DNA from: a virus
Length of the DNA: 64,000 nucleotides
Virus genome (UHGV): UHGV-1370579
Reading direction: 5' to 3' (one strand)
Translations under genes and position numbers: made by a program
Notes under the pieces: generated by a model
Told to the model about the DNA's origin: nothing
The model's database searches: none
What the model saw: only the letters and a program-made list of their open reading frames with translations
Shown here: one piece after another, positions 16,044-25,212 of the stretch
How the letters are laid out: the number at the start of each line of letters is the position of its first letter
Numbering within the stretch: the stretch's first letter is position 1

Positions 16044-16358
16044 GTGGATCGAGCATTAAGACGTCATCACCGGCAACGTGTAAAGAACAACCGCAAGAAG
16101 TATTGGACAGTCTTCCCACATGAAGAAAGCCCTAAACGGTTAGGTATTATCACTACTACTCCTTGTATCTGTTCTTGTTGGATGTGCGGGAATCCTCGCA
16201 AACACTTTAAGAATAGTAAAGCAGGGATGAAAACCTCGGAGATTAGGAAAATGGAAGCAATGATTACGGATATTTCAAATGATGAATTTGATGGCTTCGT
16301 AGGATTCGGAGAAGGAATTAGCTCAGGCTGTTTCGAAGATGAACGCCCCGATCTGTAA
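16044..16358 (+). CDS. hypothetical Cys-rich basic protein (104 aa)
   Basis: ORF with aggagaaatGTG start; CICSCWMC cluster. Confidence 0.45.
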   Translation: MDRALRRHHRQRVKNNRKKYWTVFPHEESPKRLGIITTTPCICSCWMCGNPRKHFKNSKAGMKTSEIRKMEAMITDISNDEFDGFVGFGEGISSGCFEDERPDL

Positions 16359-16369
16359 TTAATAACAAA

Positions 16370-16405
16370 CCCCAGCTATTGAATAAGTAGTCTGGGGTTT
16401 TTCTG
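16370..16405 (+). terminator. rho-independent terminator
   Basis: aaccccag...ctggggttttt. Confidence 0.75.
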
Positions 16406-16479
16406 TATACAGGTAGATAATTTATGTATAATAAAATTCATCCACATTAGGTTAATTCAAAAGACTTAATGGAGGTAAT

Positions 16480-16827
16480 ATGAGCCGTACTTATCGTAGA
16501 CAAACTGGTGATCAGTGGTGGAAGTCTAAAGCTAATTACACCCAGGGATATACTTTCCTCAAAGCAAGTGGCTACTACATTCGTGTTATTTATGCTAAAT
16601 CCTGGGATGAGGTAGAACAGGAAATGGAAGAAGCAACCATTCGTAATGAGAAAAAAGATGGTTATAGCTGGAATTCTGTTAGTAAGAATGTTAAGTGGCA
16701 TTCTAATAAAATGGTTCGTCAAGGAAATCGTCAAGAACTCCACCGCGTGATGAAAGATCCAGAAAATTACGACTATAATCGCGATCATGACATGCGTAAG
16801 CGTGGATTATGGTGGTGCTATGATTGA
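16480..16827 (+). CDS. hypothetical protein (115 aa)
   Basis: ORF with atggaggtaatATG. Confidence 0.55.
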   Translation: MSRTYRRQTGDQWWKSKANYTQGYTFLKASGYYIRVIYAKSWDEVEQEMEEATIRNEKKDGYSWNSVSKNVKWHSNKMVRQGNRQELHRVMKDPENYDYNRDHDMRKRGLWWCYD

Positions 16828-17341
16828 GAACAAAATGGAAGAATGGAAAATCATCGAGAATTTTCCATCTTATGAGGTTTCTAGCTTAGGTAGGGTTAGA
16901 AACTTAAAAACAGGAAAAATCCGAAAACCAGTAGTCCATCACAGTGGATACTTACAACTAAACCTAGTAAAGGAAGATGGGTCTAAAAAGACTGTGTATA
17001 TCCATAGGGTAGTGGCCTTTGCTTTCTGCAATCCTCCTAAAAACTGGAAAGAATTAACTGTCAATCATAAAGATGGAAATAAGGAAAATGTAGAGGCTAC
17101 TAACCTAGAGTGGATTAGTATGTCAGATAATTTAAAACACGCAAGACTTACGGGTTTAAATCCTATAGATGGTGAAATGAACGGTAGGGCTTTATTAACA
17201 GCAGAACAGGTTCTTTGGATACGGAATGTTTATATACCCAGGGACAAGGAATTTGGGCAGAAAGCCCTTGCAGAAAAATTCAATGTTAGCAAAGCCACTA
17301 TAAGCCATATAATAACACGTAGGACTTGGACAGAAATTTAA
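16820..17341 (+). CDS. NUMOD4/HNH_3 homing endonuclease
   Basis: EEWKII..FPSYEVSSLGRVRN (NUMOD4) and VNHKDGNKENVEATNLEW (HNH); C-terminal HTH-like; start ATG 16820 with SD ggtgg. Confidence 0.75.
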   Translation: MIENKMEEWKIIENFPSYEVSSLGRVRNLKTGKIRKPVVHHSGYLQLNLVKEDGSKKTVYIHRVVAFAFCNPPKNWKELTVNHKDGNKENVEATNLEWISMSDNLKHARLTGLNPIDGEMNGRALLTAEQVLWIRNVYIPRDKEFGQKALAEKFNVSKATISHIITRRTWTEI

Positions 17342-17349
17342 ATAATTCA

Positions 17350-17405
17350 TTTGCTAAACCTCTCTCATCAATTTATAATATATTTATAAATTGATGAGAG
17401 AGGTT
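17350..17405 (+). promoter_or_regulatory. T5-type early promoter module with perfect palindrome around -10
   Basis: tttgct 17350-17355, tataat 17374-17379; cctctctcatcaattt...aaattgatgagagagg inverted repeat. Confidence 0.55.
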
Positions 17406-17409
17406 TGAA

Positions 17410-17691
17410 ATGAAAAATCGCCTAGACTGTGCCATTCATGTTCTTGAACATGATGTTGTGGGAACCTGTATGTCTTACCACGAAGCAGGTCGTTTAATTA
17501 AAGAACGTGTGGCAGATGTGTGTGGATTGAAGATTACTGCTGAGGAAGCTGATGGTCTTTTAGGTCAAGCACTGGAAAAAACCGAGATGTTCCTCTGCGA
17601 TTCTTGTTCTTGGTGGTGTGAAGCTCACGAACGTTCTTTCAACGATTATGATGTATGTCGTGATTGTAGTGGGGAGGATGAAGATGAATAA
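17410..17691 (+). CDS. hypothetical zinc-binding protein (93 aa, CxxC...CxxC)
   Basis: ORF after promoter; Cys pairs CDSCSWWC, CRDC. Confidence 0.5.
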   Translation: MKNRLDCAIHVLEHDVVGTCMSYHEAGRLIKERVADVCGLKITAEEADGLLGQALEKTEMFLCDSCSWWCEAHERSFNDYDVCRDCSGEDEDE

Positions 17692-17983
17692 GTTTATTAT
17701 TGCACTGATGATCTCCGCAGTTAGTTTCGGTTCTCTGGCATCTACCAAAGTTTCTATGAAAAATGGGAATGTTAGGGTACAACAGAATGGCATTATTACC
17801 GAGTATGGTAAAGTTCGTGATGTTAAGGAACGTAATGGCAAAGTAGAGGTATACACTAACAAAAATTTCTCTACTCCGGCTGTTACTGTTAGCAAACGTG
17901 GTGAGATAACTACTCAACGTACTAATAGCTCTAGTTCTTTTACTTGTCGTTATGATTGCGACTTTGAAGGTGAAGATGAATAA
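17684..17983 (+). CDS. secreted/periplasmic hypothetical protein with signal peptide
   Basis: MNKFIIALMISAVSFGSLAS signal; overlaps previous stop. Confidence 0.5.
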   Translation: MNKFIIALMISAVSFGSLASTKVSMKNGNVRVQQNGIITEYGKVRDVKERNGKVEVYTNKNFSTPAVTVSKRGEITTQRTNSSSSFTCRYDCDFEGEDE

Positions 17984-18368
17984 TTTAGATCCTAGAATTA
18001 AATTTGCAATTACAGAAATCCAAGATCAAATTGATGAAGACTTCACTATTTGGTCAAGATCTGGTAATGGGGAATACTGCCAGCTTTACAGCATGAAAAT
18101 GGGTATCTCAATTGAGCTTAATATCAACTCTGAAGGTAGGGTAGAAGCCCAACCCATGTTCAGTGTTCCAGGCTTCTCTGGGTTTGTTGCGGGTATGAAA
18201 TTATGCCTACCAAATAACCATCTTCATCGAGTTATTTGTCAGCTAGAGACTATTAAGCATTTCTTGCCAGAAGATAATATTAATGACTACTACCATGAAG
18301 TTGTAGCAGCTCATATGATGAAAGAACGCAAACGTAGGAGAGAAGAACGTGAAAAGACTAAATATTAA
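17976..18368 (+). CDS. hypothetical protein (130 aa)
   Basis: ATG overlapping previous stop (gATGaataa). Confidence 0.5.
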   Translation: MNNLDPRIKFAITEIQDQIDEDFTIWSRSGNGEYCQLYSMKMGISIELNINSEGRVEAQPMFSVPGFSGFVAGMKLCLPNNHLHRVICQLETIKHFLPEDNINDYYHEVVAAHMMKERKRRREEREKTKY

Positions 18369-18645
18369 TAGCACAGTGCAGATCCCAGCAACTAAGGATA
18401 TTTTAACATTCCTACGTAGTGAGAATGCCCAGTTTTGGCATGACTATATCCAGAAAAATAAAAATAACCCAGATGTAGTTGCCTTTGCCAAAAAACGTAT
18501 CGAAGAATATAAAGATCCAGAGATTAAAGATGGGATGATCACTATGCAATTGTGGGTAGCCATGAATACGTTTGGACCTACTATGAGTCTAGGATTTACT
18601 CCACTGTTTACAAATATTCTAATTAATGAAAAGGATCTGAAATGA
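18349..18645 (+). CDS. hypothetical protein (98 aa)
   Basis: tiled ORF. Confidence 0.45.
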   Translation: MKRLNINSTVQIPATKDILTFLRSENAQFWHDYIQKNKNNPDVVAFAKKRIEEYKDPEIKDGMITMQLWVAMNTFGPTMSLGFTPLFTNILINEKDLK

Positions 18646-18926
18646 TTATCTCTCCCTTTGCTCTTTGGTTCGTCATTGGATCCATAGTAGCTATTTATAG
18701 CTTGGTTGATGATCTGTATATTTCTAAGAACAAAGATGTAATATTATATGTTATACATAAAACCCGACCGTTAGACCTACCACCTCTTGATGATAAAACA
18801 TTACTCAGATGTGCTAGATCTGCGATATTTATTATGGATATTCTTCTAGGCCCAACATCTGTGTTTTTCTTTTATAGAAAAACTCGTAATATGAGAAAGT
18901 TTAAAGCTGATATGCGGAATATTTAA
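18642..18926 (+). CDS. hypothetical membrane protein (94 aa)
   Basis: N-terminal TM segment; overlapping start ATGA. Confidence 0.45.
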   Translation: MIISPFALWFVIGSIVAIYSLVDDLYISKNKDVILYVIHKTRPLDLPPLDDKTLLRCARSAIFIMDILLGPTSVFFFYRKTRNMRKFKADMRNI

Positions 18927-19036
18927 AGAACTCGCGTAGGACCGAGTTGCGTCACCTGCAACTGTTACGGATAAGGGAGTCGTGCCCCTTAGTGCGGTAA
19001 GTGGTGAGGTGGCTGCTAGCCCTAACTGGAGATAAT

Positions 19037-19336
19037 ATGACTATATTACTAATTCTTGTTACAACTTGGTTTTTAATCGGTGCTGGATACGCGATAGCTA
19101 TTATTAGACATTTGGACGAACATTCTGCTGAATGGTTTGTTAAGTATCTACGTATTGATGGTCAAGAACATGAGTTTAAAGATGAAAGACAGAAAAAAGT
19201 AGTAAATAATATGACAGCCAAAGAATGCTTGTTCTACATGCGTATTGTAGGGTTCTTTGGACTATTAGTTGCTGACATCAAATTGTGGAGAAATGCAGGG
19301 GTACTGCGTAAAGCTAGAGAAACTAATATTACATAA
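19037..19336 (+). CDS. hypothetical membrane protein (about 99 aa)
   Basis: ATG with ctggagataatATG; two TM segments. Confidence 0.5.
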   Translation: MTILLILVTTWFLIGAGYAIAIIRHLDEHSAEWFVKYLRIDGQEHEFKDERQKKVVNNMTAKECLFYMRIVGFFGLLVADIKLWRNAGVLRKARETNIT

Positions 19337-19380
19337 GATTGATACTAAATCAACTTACTAGCAAAAGCAAATAATGACAA

Positions 19381-19416
19381 AGCCCAGCCTGCACTTTTGC
19401 GACTGGGCTATTTTTA
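19381..19416 (+). terminator. rho-independent terminator
   Basis: gcccag...ctgggctattttt. Confidence 0.7.
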
Positions 19417-19429
19417 TAATAAAATTTTA

Positions 19430-19490
19430 GTTGCTTAGATGCCCAAACTTTTGTATAATATGTTTATAGATTGAGGCAAGAGGATTAAAT
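19430..19490 (+). promoter_or_regulatory. T5-type early promoter module
   Basis: ttgctt 19431-19436, tataat 19454-19459, leader tagattgaggcaagagg. Confidence 0.5.
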
Positions 19491-20189
19491 ATGAGGATTA
19501 TTTCTAAGTTCGCCGATGTGTATGATTTGCAGAACAGTTTGTTCGACCCAGATCGTGTGTGGGAACGTAAAACTGAGGAGTTACTGGTTAAAGTAACCGA
19601 TGATGCAGAAAAGAACATTGTGCATACTCGCCAGGTATTTCGTGATGGTTCGCTATCTTTCCGTGGTGATTTCGAATACTTCGTAAACCCCCTATTTGTT
19701 GCAGGTGAAGTTTACTGGTTACACGAGCTGTACTGCTGGCATCCAGCATTTAGCTTCAAAACGTTTAATCTCGACACTATGTTCGATAAAATGGAAGAGA
19801 TGGGATTACATGCTCGCTCTTACTTAATGGATAAGAGTCGTGGAGATGTTCGTGAAACAATGCGTGATCTGCTAGCTGAAGCAAAACCTAAAGCAGAACG
19901 TATCTTATCCGAACTGCGTGTACCGATTGCATATGTGAAAGGTATTAAAAAGAACGATAACGATGATGTTCGTAACTTCGTAATTCAGACTAACATTCGT
20001 TTCCATCAGTCCGGTATTCCGTGGCAGGAAATTGAAAGTAACTTATACCGTTTACACCAAGTTCTCGAACAGTATATCTTCGGTGTACTAGGAACTGGTG
20101 AGCCTGATATGATTAAAGTATCAGATAAAGACAGGTTAGCAGCGCATGGATTTGATACAAAAACTTCTTTCAGGAATATGGCGCGGTAA
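19491..20189 (+). CDS. hypothetical protein (232 aa)
   Basis: ORF after promoter module. Confidence 0.6.
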   Translation: MRIISKFADVYDLQNSLFDPDRVWERKTEELLVKVTDDAEKNIVHTRQVFRDGSLSFRGDFEYFVNPLFVAGEVYWLHELYCWHPAFSFKTFNLDTMFDKMEEMGLHARSYLMDKSRGDVRETMRDLLAEAKPKAERILSELRVPIAYVKGIKKNDNDDVRNFVIQTNIRFHQSGIPWQEIESNLYRLHQVLEQYIFGVLGTGEPDMIKVSDKDRLAAHGFDTKTSFRNMAR

Positions 20190-20595
20190 GTGGTATATCC
20201 TGGGAGCAGGTCTAGCGATAGGCATCGGGTTCGGTGCTTATCACTTAATAAATAAAGTGGAGACTTTGGCGGGAGATCTTGCGGTAGCTACTAAAAAGAT
20301 CTCTTCTCTAGAGACTTCCCTTAACAAGGTGAAAGCTGAGAGTGAACTTCGTGAGACTCGTATGAATCAGTATTTCACAATGAATAATGTTTCCCAAGCA
20401 GATCTAGATAAGAAAATTAGTCAGCTTGATAAAGCACTTAGTCGTCAAGACATTATAGCTGCAAAGCCTGGATTGGTAACATTAATTGCTAAAAAGCAGA
20501 GTAAGGAGTTCGAGGAAAGATTAGCATGTTTAACTGGAAACTTGGAATACTGCTCGCAGCCGCAATCACAATCACAGGCTGTGCACAAGAAATAA
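20146..20595 (+). CDS. candidate i-spanin (Rz-like): N-terminal TM + coiled coil
   Basis: WYILGAGLAIGIGFGAY TM segment, then coiled-coil; 3' end overlaps a lipoprotein ORF by about 70 nt in another frame. Confidence 0.45.
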   Translation: MDLIQKLLSGIWRGKWYILGAGLAIGIGFGAYHLINKVETLAGDLAVATKKISSLETSLNKVKAESELRETRMNQYFTMNNVSQADLDKKISQLDKALSRQDIIAAKPGLVTLIAKKQSKEFEERLACLTGNLEYCSQPQSQSQAVHKK

Positions 20596-20879
20596 AGACA
20601 GAATCTACACATGAGCTACCAACAGCTCATGTAGACTGGCCCAAAGGACTTCAACCTTGTAGCTTTGACTTTAAGTTTGAAAAGAAATTAGCTACAAATG
20701 GAGAAGATGGTGTAGTAGTTGTTGTACCATATAAAGATTGGAATATGTTGGCAAAATGCCGTGAGGCAGAATATTCATATATTTCACGGCTGACAAGTAT
20801 GGTTTGCTTCTATCGCCAAGATTTACAAGAAAAACGTTGCTTAGTTTACTATCCACCCATTAACAATAGGAAAGATTAA
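20526..20879 (+). CDS. candidate o-spanin (Rz1-like) lipoprotein
   Basis: MFNWKLGILLAAAITITGC lipobox; overlaps the preceding TM/coiled-coil gene. Confidence 0.45.
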   Translation: MFNWKLGILLAAAITITGCAQEIKTESTHELPTAHVDWPKGLQPCSFDFKFEKKLATNGEDGVVVVVPYKDWNMLAKCREAEYSYISRLTSMVCFYRQDLQEKRCLVYYPPINNRKD

Positions 20880-21631
20880 TGTCAGTATTAGTAGGTCTGC
20901 ATGGTGAGGCTGGTTCTGGAAAAGACACTGTTGCAAAATTAATTATCGATTGGTGTAATGACACGTATCCAACGTGTTTACCCCGTCGTTACAGTTTTGC
21001 TAAGCCCGTTTATGAACTTGCATCCGTAATCCTCGGTGTAACTCCAGAGTTTCTAGGAGAGCGCAGGGGGAAAGAGATTGACCAATGGTTTACGGTCACA
21101 CAATCTCAATTGGAGCGAGCTAGAGATGTATGGTTTAAATACGGTATCGATAAGTTTGAAGACTTCTCGTACGTTTGGCCAATTTTTGAGGAAAAATATC
21201 TTAATCCTCAACAACTTATCTCAGAGAATAAAGAAGACGGACTTTATAGTTTGTTTATTTCTCCGAGAAAAATGTTACAGCTCGTAGGAACAGAGCTAGG
21301 AAGGCAGCTGGTGCATGAACGCATTTGGCTCATAATTCTGGAGCAATCCATCGCTAAAGACGACCCAGATGTCGCCGTAATAACAGATGTTAGATTCCCC
21401 AATGAAGGAGAGTTACTCAGAGAAACAAACCATTTAGATATGGATTCTTTGATAGTAAATGTAGTACCCGCTGAGCAGAAGTTCACTATTAAATCAGATC
21501 ATCCATCTGAAAGTGGTATTCCTGCAAAATATATCACTCACGAATTAGTTAATAAATTCGATGGTATCAATAACCTTAAACTAGAAGTGTATAACTTCTG
21601 TGACTTAGAGCTAGAACCACTAGTTGGATAA
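20879..21631 (+). CDS. P-loop kinase, putative deoxynucleoside monophosphate kinase
   Basis: N-terminal GLHGEAGSGKDT Walker A similar to phage dNMP kinases; about 250 aa. Confidence 0.5.
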   Translation: MSVLVGLHGEAGSGKDTVAKLIIDWCNDTYPTCLPRRYSFAKPVYELASVILGVTPEFLGERRGKEIDQWFTVTQSQLERARDVWFKYGIDKFEDFSYVWPIFEEKYLNPQQLISENKEDGLYSLFISPRKMLQLVGTELGRQLVHERIWLIILEQSIAKDDPDVAVITDVRFPNEGELLRETNHLDMDSLIVNVVPAEQKFTIKSDHPSESGIPAKYITHELVNKFDGINNLKLEVYNFCDLELEPLVG

Positions 21632-21643
21632 TCAAGGATCGCT

Positions 21644-22243
21644 ATGACTAATAAAAAAGAAGAAAAGACTAACCTGTTTCACTCCATTCGCCAATCTAAC
21701 GAGTATACCTTTTTCTTTGATGAAGAACTTGGTCCGCCGGATGAATACCGTGATTTATCAATGGTACTTATGCAGGCAAATGAGGATGACGAAATTAATC
21801 TGATGATTAATGGCCCGGGTGGTTATGTTGATACTGCCGCACAGTTATCTAACTTAATTGCTAATTGCCGTGGAACAGTTATAGGACATCTGATTGGTCC
21901 TAGTGCTTCTGCTTACTGCACAATTTTCCTATCCTGTCATGGATGGGTAGTACATCCACATGCTACGTTAATGGGACACACGTTCTCTGGCGGATTCTGT
22001 GAGAAGGGCCAAGAAATCAAGAAAGCCTATGAATCTTACAACAAGTTCGTAGAAGATATGATGCTAGATGTCTACTATCCGTTCTTCTCTATAGACGAAA
22101 TCGACGAGATGGTAAAAGACAACAAAAATATCTATCTAGATAGCAAAGAAATCCATAAGCGTATTGAAATCTTGGCAAAATATCGATCTGAGCAATATAA
22201 TAAAGCCCAGTTACCTCAATCCGAGGAGCATAACGAAGAGTAA
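21644..22243 (+). CDS. ClpP-like serine protease family protein
   Basis: LMINGPGGYVD...GPSASAYCTIFLSC...MGHTFSGG resembles ClpP S14 active-site regions. Confidence 0.5.
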   Translation: MTNKKEEKTNLFHSIRQSNEYTFFFDEELGPPDEYRDLSMVLMQANEDDEINLMINGPGGYVDTAAQLSNLIANCRGTVIGHLIGPSASAYCTIFLSCHGWVVHPHATLMGHTFSGGFCEKGQEIKKAYESYNKFVEDMMLDVYYPFFSIDEIDEMVKDNKNIYLDSKEIHKRIEILAKYRSEQYNKAQLPQSEEHNEE

Positions 22244-22252
22244 GTAATTTTA

Positions 22253-22282
22253 AGCCAGGGTTTAACGACCCTGGCTTTTCTT
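22253..22282 (+). terminator. rho-independent terminator
   Basis: gccaggg...ccctggctttt. Confidence 0.7.
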
Positions 22283-22346
22283 TTATCTAAAATTCTTCTT
22301 GACAACGACAAAATTTTATGCTCCAGAAGTGATCTTTAAAAACACA

Positions 22347-22376
22347 TTGTAATTTTCCTCCAAAATTAGTATAATG
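22347..22376 (+). promoter_or_regulatory. sigma70-like promoter upstream of lysis cassette
   Basis: ttgtaa-N17-tagtataat; additional ttgaca at 22299. Confidence 0.45.
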
Positions 22377-22399
22377 GTACTGGTTAGAGGAGGTTACAA

Positions 22400-23056
22400 T
22401 TGGAAAAGTTCTTACAATTATTAACGGTACTGCTCCAAGAAGCGAAAGATCCAGCATCGCTTCTTAAACGTCTGCTAACTATCTTAGTTGCTGTCATTAT
22501 TTTCTTATTTGTTAGTAATACTAGTGAGGTGATGTCATTCTTAAAGACTTTCTCCACGTCTGCAGTTTTACAAGATTTACAAACCCAGAGGATAGATAAC
22601 TTCCCTAATGTGGCGAGGGAAAAGAGCATGGTTCTCTTCTCTCAGACGGGTGCAGATGCTGTTTTTGTAGTCAAGTATAAACCAGATGCTATCAATGATT
22701 ATTCCAATATTATTGCATGGGAAAGTAATGCGCAATTAGATAGGGCTGACTTGGCCGATAAAGCGGTAAATAAAACGTCTGAATTATACAGACGTCATTT
22801 AGAGGGCTTTAACTACGTATCGGATTTAAGTGTAAGAGTAAATAAATATATGGGGTTAAATATACCTGCGTTTAAAAACGTTACTTTTAATTACATATAC
22901 ACTTGTCCATATTTCAATCTAAAAAATATCTATGCTGGGTACATTGGTATTGCTTGGAAAGATAATCCAGTAGATACAGCTGATTCTGAACAGTTCAAGG
23001 AATATTTAGCAAAGCTCTGTTCCCCACAACAGAGATCTTTAGGTAGGTCAATATGA
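22400..23056 (+). CDS. putative holin (218 aa, TTG start)
   Basis: immediately upstream of and overlapping the endolysin; N-terminal TM segment; SD gaggagg. Confidence 0.45.
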   Translation: MEKFLQLLTVLLQEAKDPASLLKRLLTILVAVIIFLFVSNTSEVMSFLKTFSTSAVLQDLQTQRIDNFPNVAREKSMVLFSQTGADAVFVVKYKPDAINDYSNIIAWESNAQLDRADLADKAVNKTSELYRRHLEGFNYVSDLSVRVNKYMGLNIPAFKNVTFNYIYTCPYFNLKNIYAGYIGIAWKDNPVDTADSEQFKEYLAKLCSPQQRSLGRSI

Positions 23057-23466
23057 GTTTTAAATTTGGTAAAAATAGCGAAAAACAATTAGCTACCGTT
23101 AAGCCCGAGCTACAAAAAGTAGCTCGTAGGGCTTTAGAATTATCTCCGTATGATTTCACAATCGTGCAGGGTATTCGTACAGTAGCACAAAGTGCCCAGA
23201 ATATTGCTAATGGTACTTCATTTTTAAAAGATCCTAGTAAAAGCAAACATATTACTGGGGATGCTATTGATTTTGCTCCATATATTAATGGCAAAATTGA
23301 TTGGAATGACTTAGAAGCATTTTGGGCAGTTAAAAAGGCTTTTGAACAAGCTGGTAAAGAGCTAGGCATTAAACTTCGTTTTGGTGCTGATTGGAATGCT
23401 TCGGGAGACTATCACGATGAAATAAAACGTGGTACCTATGATGGCGGTCATGTCGAACTAGTTTAA
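23053..23466 (+). CDS. endolysin, L-alanyl-D-glutamate peptidase (M15 family)
   Basis: 137 aa; HITGDAIDF and DGGHVEL metal-binding motifs typical of T5-type Lys. Confidence 0.7.
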   Translation: MSFKFGKNSEKQLATVKPELQKVARRALELSPYDFTIVQGIRTVAQSAQNIANGTSFLKDPSKSKHITGDAIDFAPYINGKIDWNDLEAFWAVKKAFEQAGKELGIKLRFGADWNASGDYHDEIKRGTYDGGHVELV

Positions 23467-23476
23467 TTAATAACTT

Positions 23477-23500
23477 AGGCGGGAATATTCCCGCCTTTTT
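23477..23500 (+). terminator. rho-independent terminator
   Basis: ggcggga...tcccgccttttt. Confidence 0.75.
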
Positions 23501-23543
23501 AGGCAAAGGGGGCTTTAATAATTTTTGAAGATAGGAGAAAGCC

Positions 23544-23960
23544 ATGTTTGCAGAACTATTCACTATGATGCTGCTAGGTATCTGGAAAATAAGTCTAGTA
23601 GTATTCGTTTTAATGATAGTCTTTACTATCATTGCATTAACTACCCGAAATAGCTTATTAATAAAGGTTATTCACGGACTAGAGTATATAATTATGGGTT
23701 CATTCGGCGTTTGTAAATGCAATTGCCATAGAGATACGAAATATTGTTGGTTATGGATGGAACTAGAGAATCCTATATCCATAGCTTTGGCTGTTTCATT
23801 CGGTATGATTCTTATGGCCCTTACTCTAGCATTAATACCTTTGATGTTAGCTGGGGGAGTTACAGCGTATTTCACCCTTTTCTCCCCGATACTTATGTAC
23901 TCAATTTACCCAATAACTATGTATCTAGTTAGGAAAAGATTTATACATGCAGTAGATTAA
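23544..23960 (+). CDS. hypothetical multi-pass membrane protein (138 aa)
   Basis: three to four hydrophobic helices; follows lysis genes. Confidence 0.5.
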   Translation: MFAELFTMMLLGIWKISLVVFVLMIVFTIIALTTRNSLLIKVIHGLEYIIMGSFGVCKCNCHRDTKYCWLWMELENPISIALAVSFGMILMALTLALIPLMLAGGVTAYFTLFSPILMYSIYPITMYLVRKRFIHAVD

Positions 23961-23973
23961 GATAAAAAAGTAG

Positions 23974-24035
23974 TTGACTTTCCGCTGAAATTTTTATATA
24001 ATATTTGTATAAATTGAATCAGAGGAGTTTCACAA
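23974..24035 (+). promoter_or_regulatory. T5-type early promoter module
   Basis: ttgact 23974-23979, tataat 23997-24002, leader ataaattgaatcagaggag. Confidence 0.5.
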
Positions 24036-24446
24036 ATGTCAGATCGTTACTATACTCAGATGGCTAACCATTACAATATGGCTCCGTATGAATTGAACAT
24101 CGCATTACGTGACCTCGATTCACCAGAGCGTGCAAAACTTGAGAAAAAGGCGGGAATTCGTATGTCTAGCAAGGGCAAGAAACTTACTCGTATTGACTTA
24201 AATACCATGCTAATGGAAGAGCTTGGCGTGAATATTGAAGGTCAGAAGTTGCCTCTCAATGTTCTTGAAACGATGCTGGATAAAGTCAAAAAGAAAACCT
24301 ATAAGAAAGTACAAGTACCGGAAGGCAGGCTAAAAGCCCCTTATCAGGCTGCTGTATCTGAGTGCTTAGGTGCTACCTTAGATCTTAGCACTGCAACTGT
24401 TAAAGTGATGAAGGCATTTTTGGAGGCCATTAATAAACATGAGTAA
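24036..24446 (+). CDS. hypothetical protein (136 aa)
   Basis: ORF after promoter module. Confidence 0.55.
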   Translation: MSDRYYTQMANHYNMAPYELNIALRDLDSPERAKLEKKAGIRMSSKGKKLTRIDLNTMLMEELGVNIEGQKLPLNVLETMLDKVKKKTYKKVQVPEGRLKAPYQAAVSECLGATLDLSTATVKVMKAFLEAINKHE

Positions 24447-24729
24447 ATTAGTATATCTATTAAAGGGATCTACCTGCAATCCGTGCAAAATGTTCGAGCC
24501 TGTATTCGATAAAGTAGTACAGGACTACAGTCTAGAAGTTCATAAAGAGACTGATAACACAGAACTTATGCAGAAATTTGGCGTTCGTCAGGTTCCTGTA
24601 GTAGTTCTAGCAGATCGTCTCCCTAATGGTCGTGTGGAAGCCAACCACATTCTGATTGGTCGTCAGCTTCGTAAAGAAACTATGCACGATGCAATCAAAA
24701 ACTTCCTGGAAGATAATCCAGAAGATTAA
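24439..24729 (+). CDS. thioredoxin/glutaredoxin-like protein (CNPC)
   Basis: 96 aa, CxxC active-site-like STCNPCKMF near N-terminus. Confidence 0.5.
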   Translation: MSKLVYLLKGSTCNPCKMFEPVFDKVVQDYSLEVHKETDNTELMQKFGVRQVPVVVLADRLPNGRVEANHILIGRQLRKETMHDAIKNFLEDNPED

Positions 24730-24736
24730 TAAATCC

Positions 24737-24767
24737 AACCCAGATCTTAGCTGATCTGGGTTTTTTA
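24737..24767 (+). terminator. rho-independent terminator
   Basis: acccagatc...gatctgggtttttt. Confidence 0.75.
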
Positions 24768-24771
24768 TTAC

Positions 24772-24830
24772 TTGCTTTCTGCTAAAAATTTTGATATAAT
24801 ATATGTATAAATTGATGAGAGGAGTATCAC
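24772..24830 (+). promoter_or_regulatory. T5-type early promoter module
   Basis: ttgctt 24772-24777, tataat 24795-24800, leader ataaattgatgagaggag. Confidence 0.5.
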
Positions 24831-24831
24831 A

Positions 24832-25212
24832 TTGAATTACGCATATCTTATAATACATAACAACGTAGTTTGTGGTACTCGCGCTGTTGAGATGGGTATT
24901 ACAGAAGAAAAGTATAACTCTTTGTCTAAATCGGAGCAAGAATACTATGTTGAGCAAGCTGCTTGGGAATATGCTGATGTATATCCCAAAGAACGTGAAG
25001 GTCGCATTACTATTGTTGTATCTTTGGGCTTGGTTGGCGCTGATACCGAAGTTGATACAGATTTAGAAACGCTTGAAGAGTGGGAAGAATTAGATATTGG
25101 TGAACAAAACGCTATTATCAAAACATCTTTCTGGGAAGCAGTAGCCTGCCATGTAGTCTTTGAGCCTAACGATAACGAAGCTGAAAAGCACACTAATTGG
25201 ATGACTCGATAA
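24832..25212 (+). CDS. hypothetical protein (126 aa, TTG start)
   Basis: ORF after promoter module. Confidence 0.5.
   Translation: MNYAYLIIHNNVVCGTRAVEMGITEEKYNSLSKSEQEYYVEQAAWEYADVYPKEREGRITIVVSLGLVGADTEVDTDLETLEEWEELDIGEQNAIIKTSFWEAVACHVVFEPNDNEAEKHTNWMTR

Noticed and set aside
21644-22243. Calling 21644-22243 the prohead protease
   Set aside because: The head protease is already accounted for at 52427-53059 next to portal and capsid. This ORF sits in the early region and matches ClpP-like motifs only loosely.
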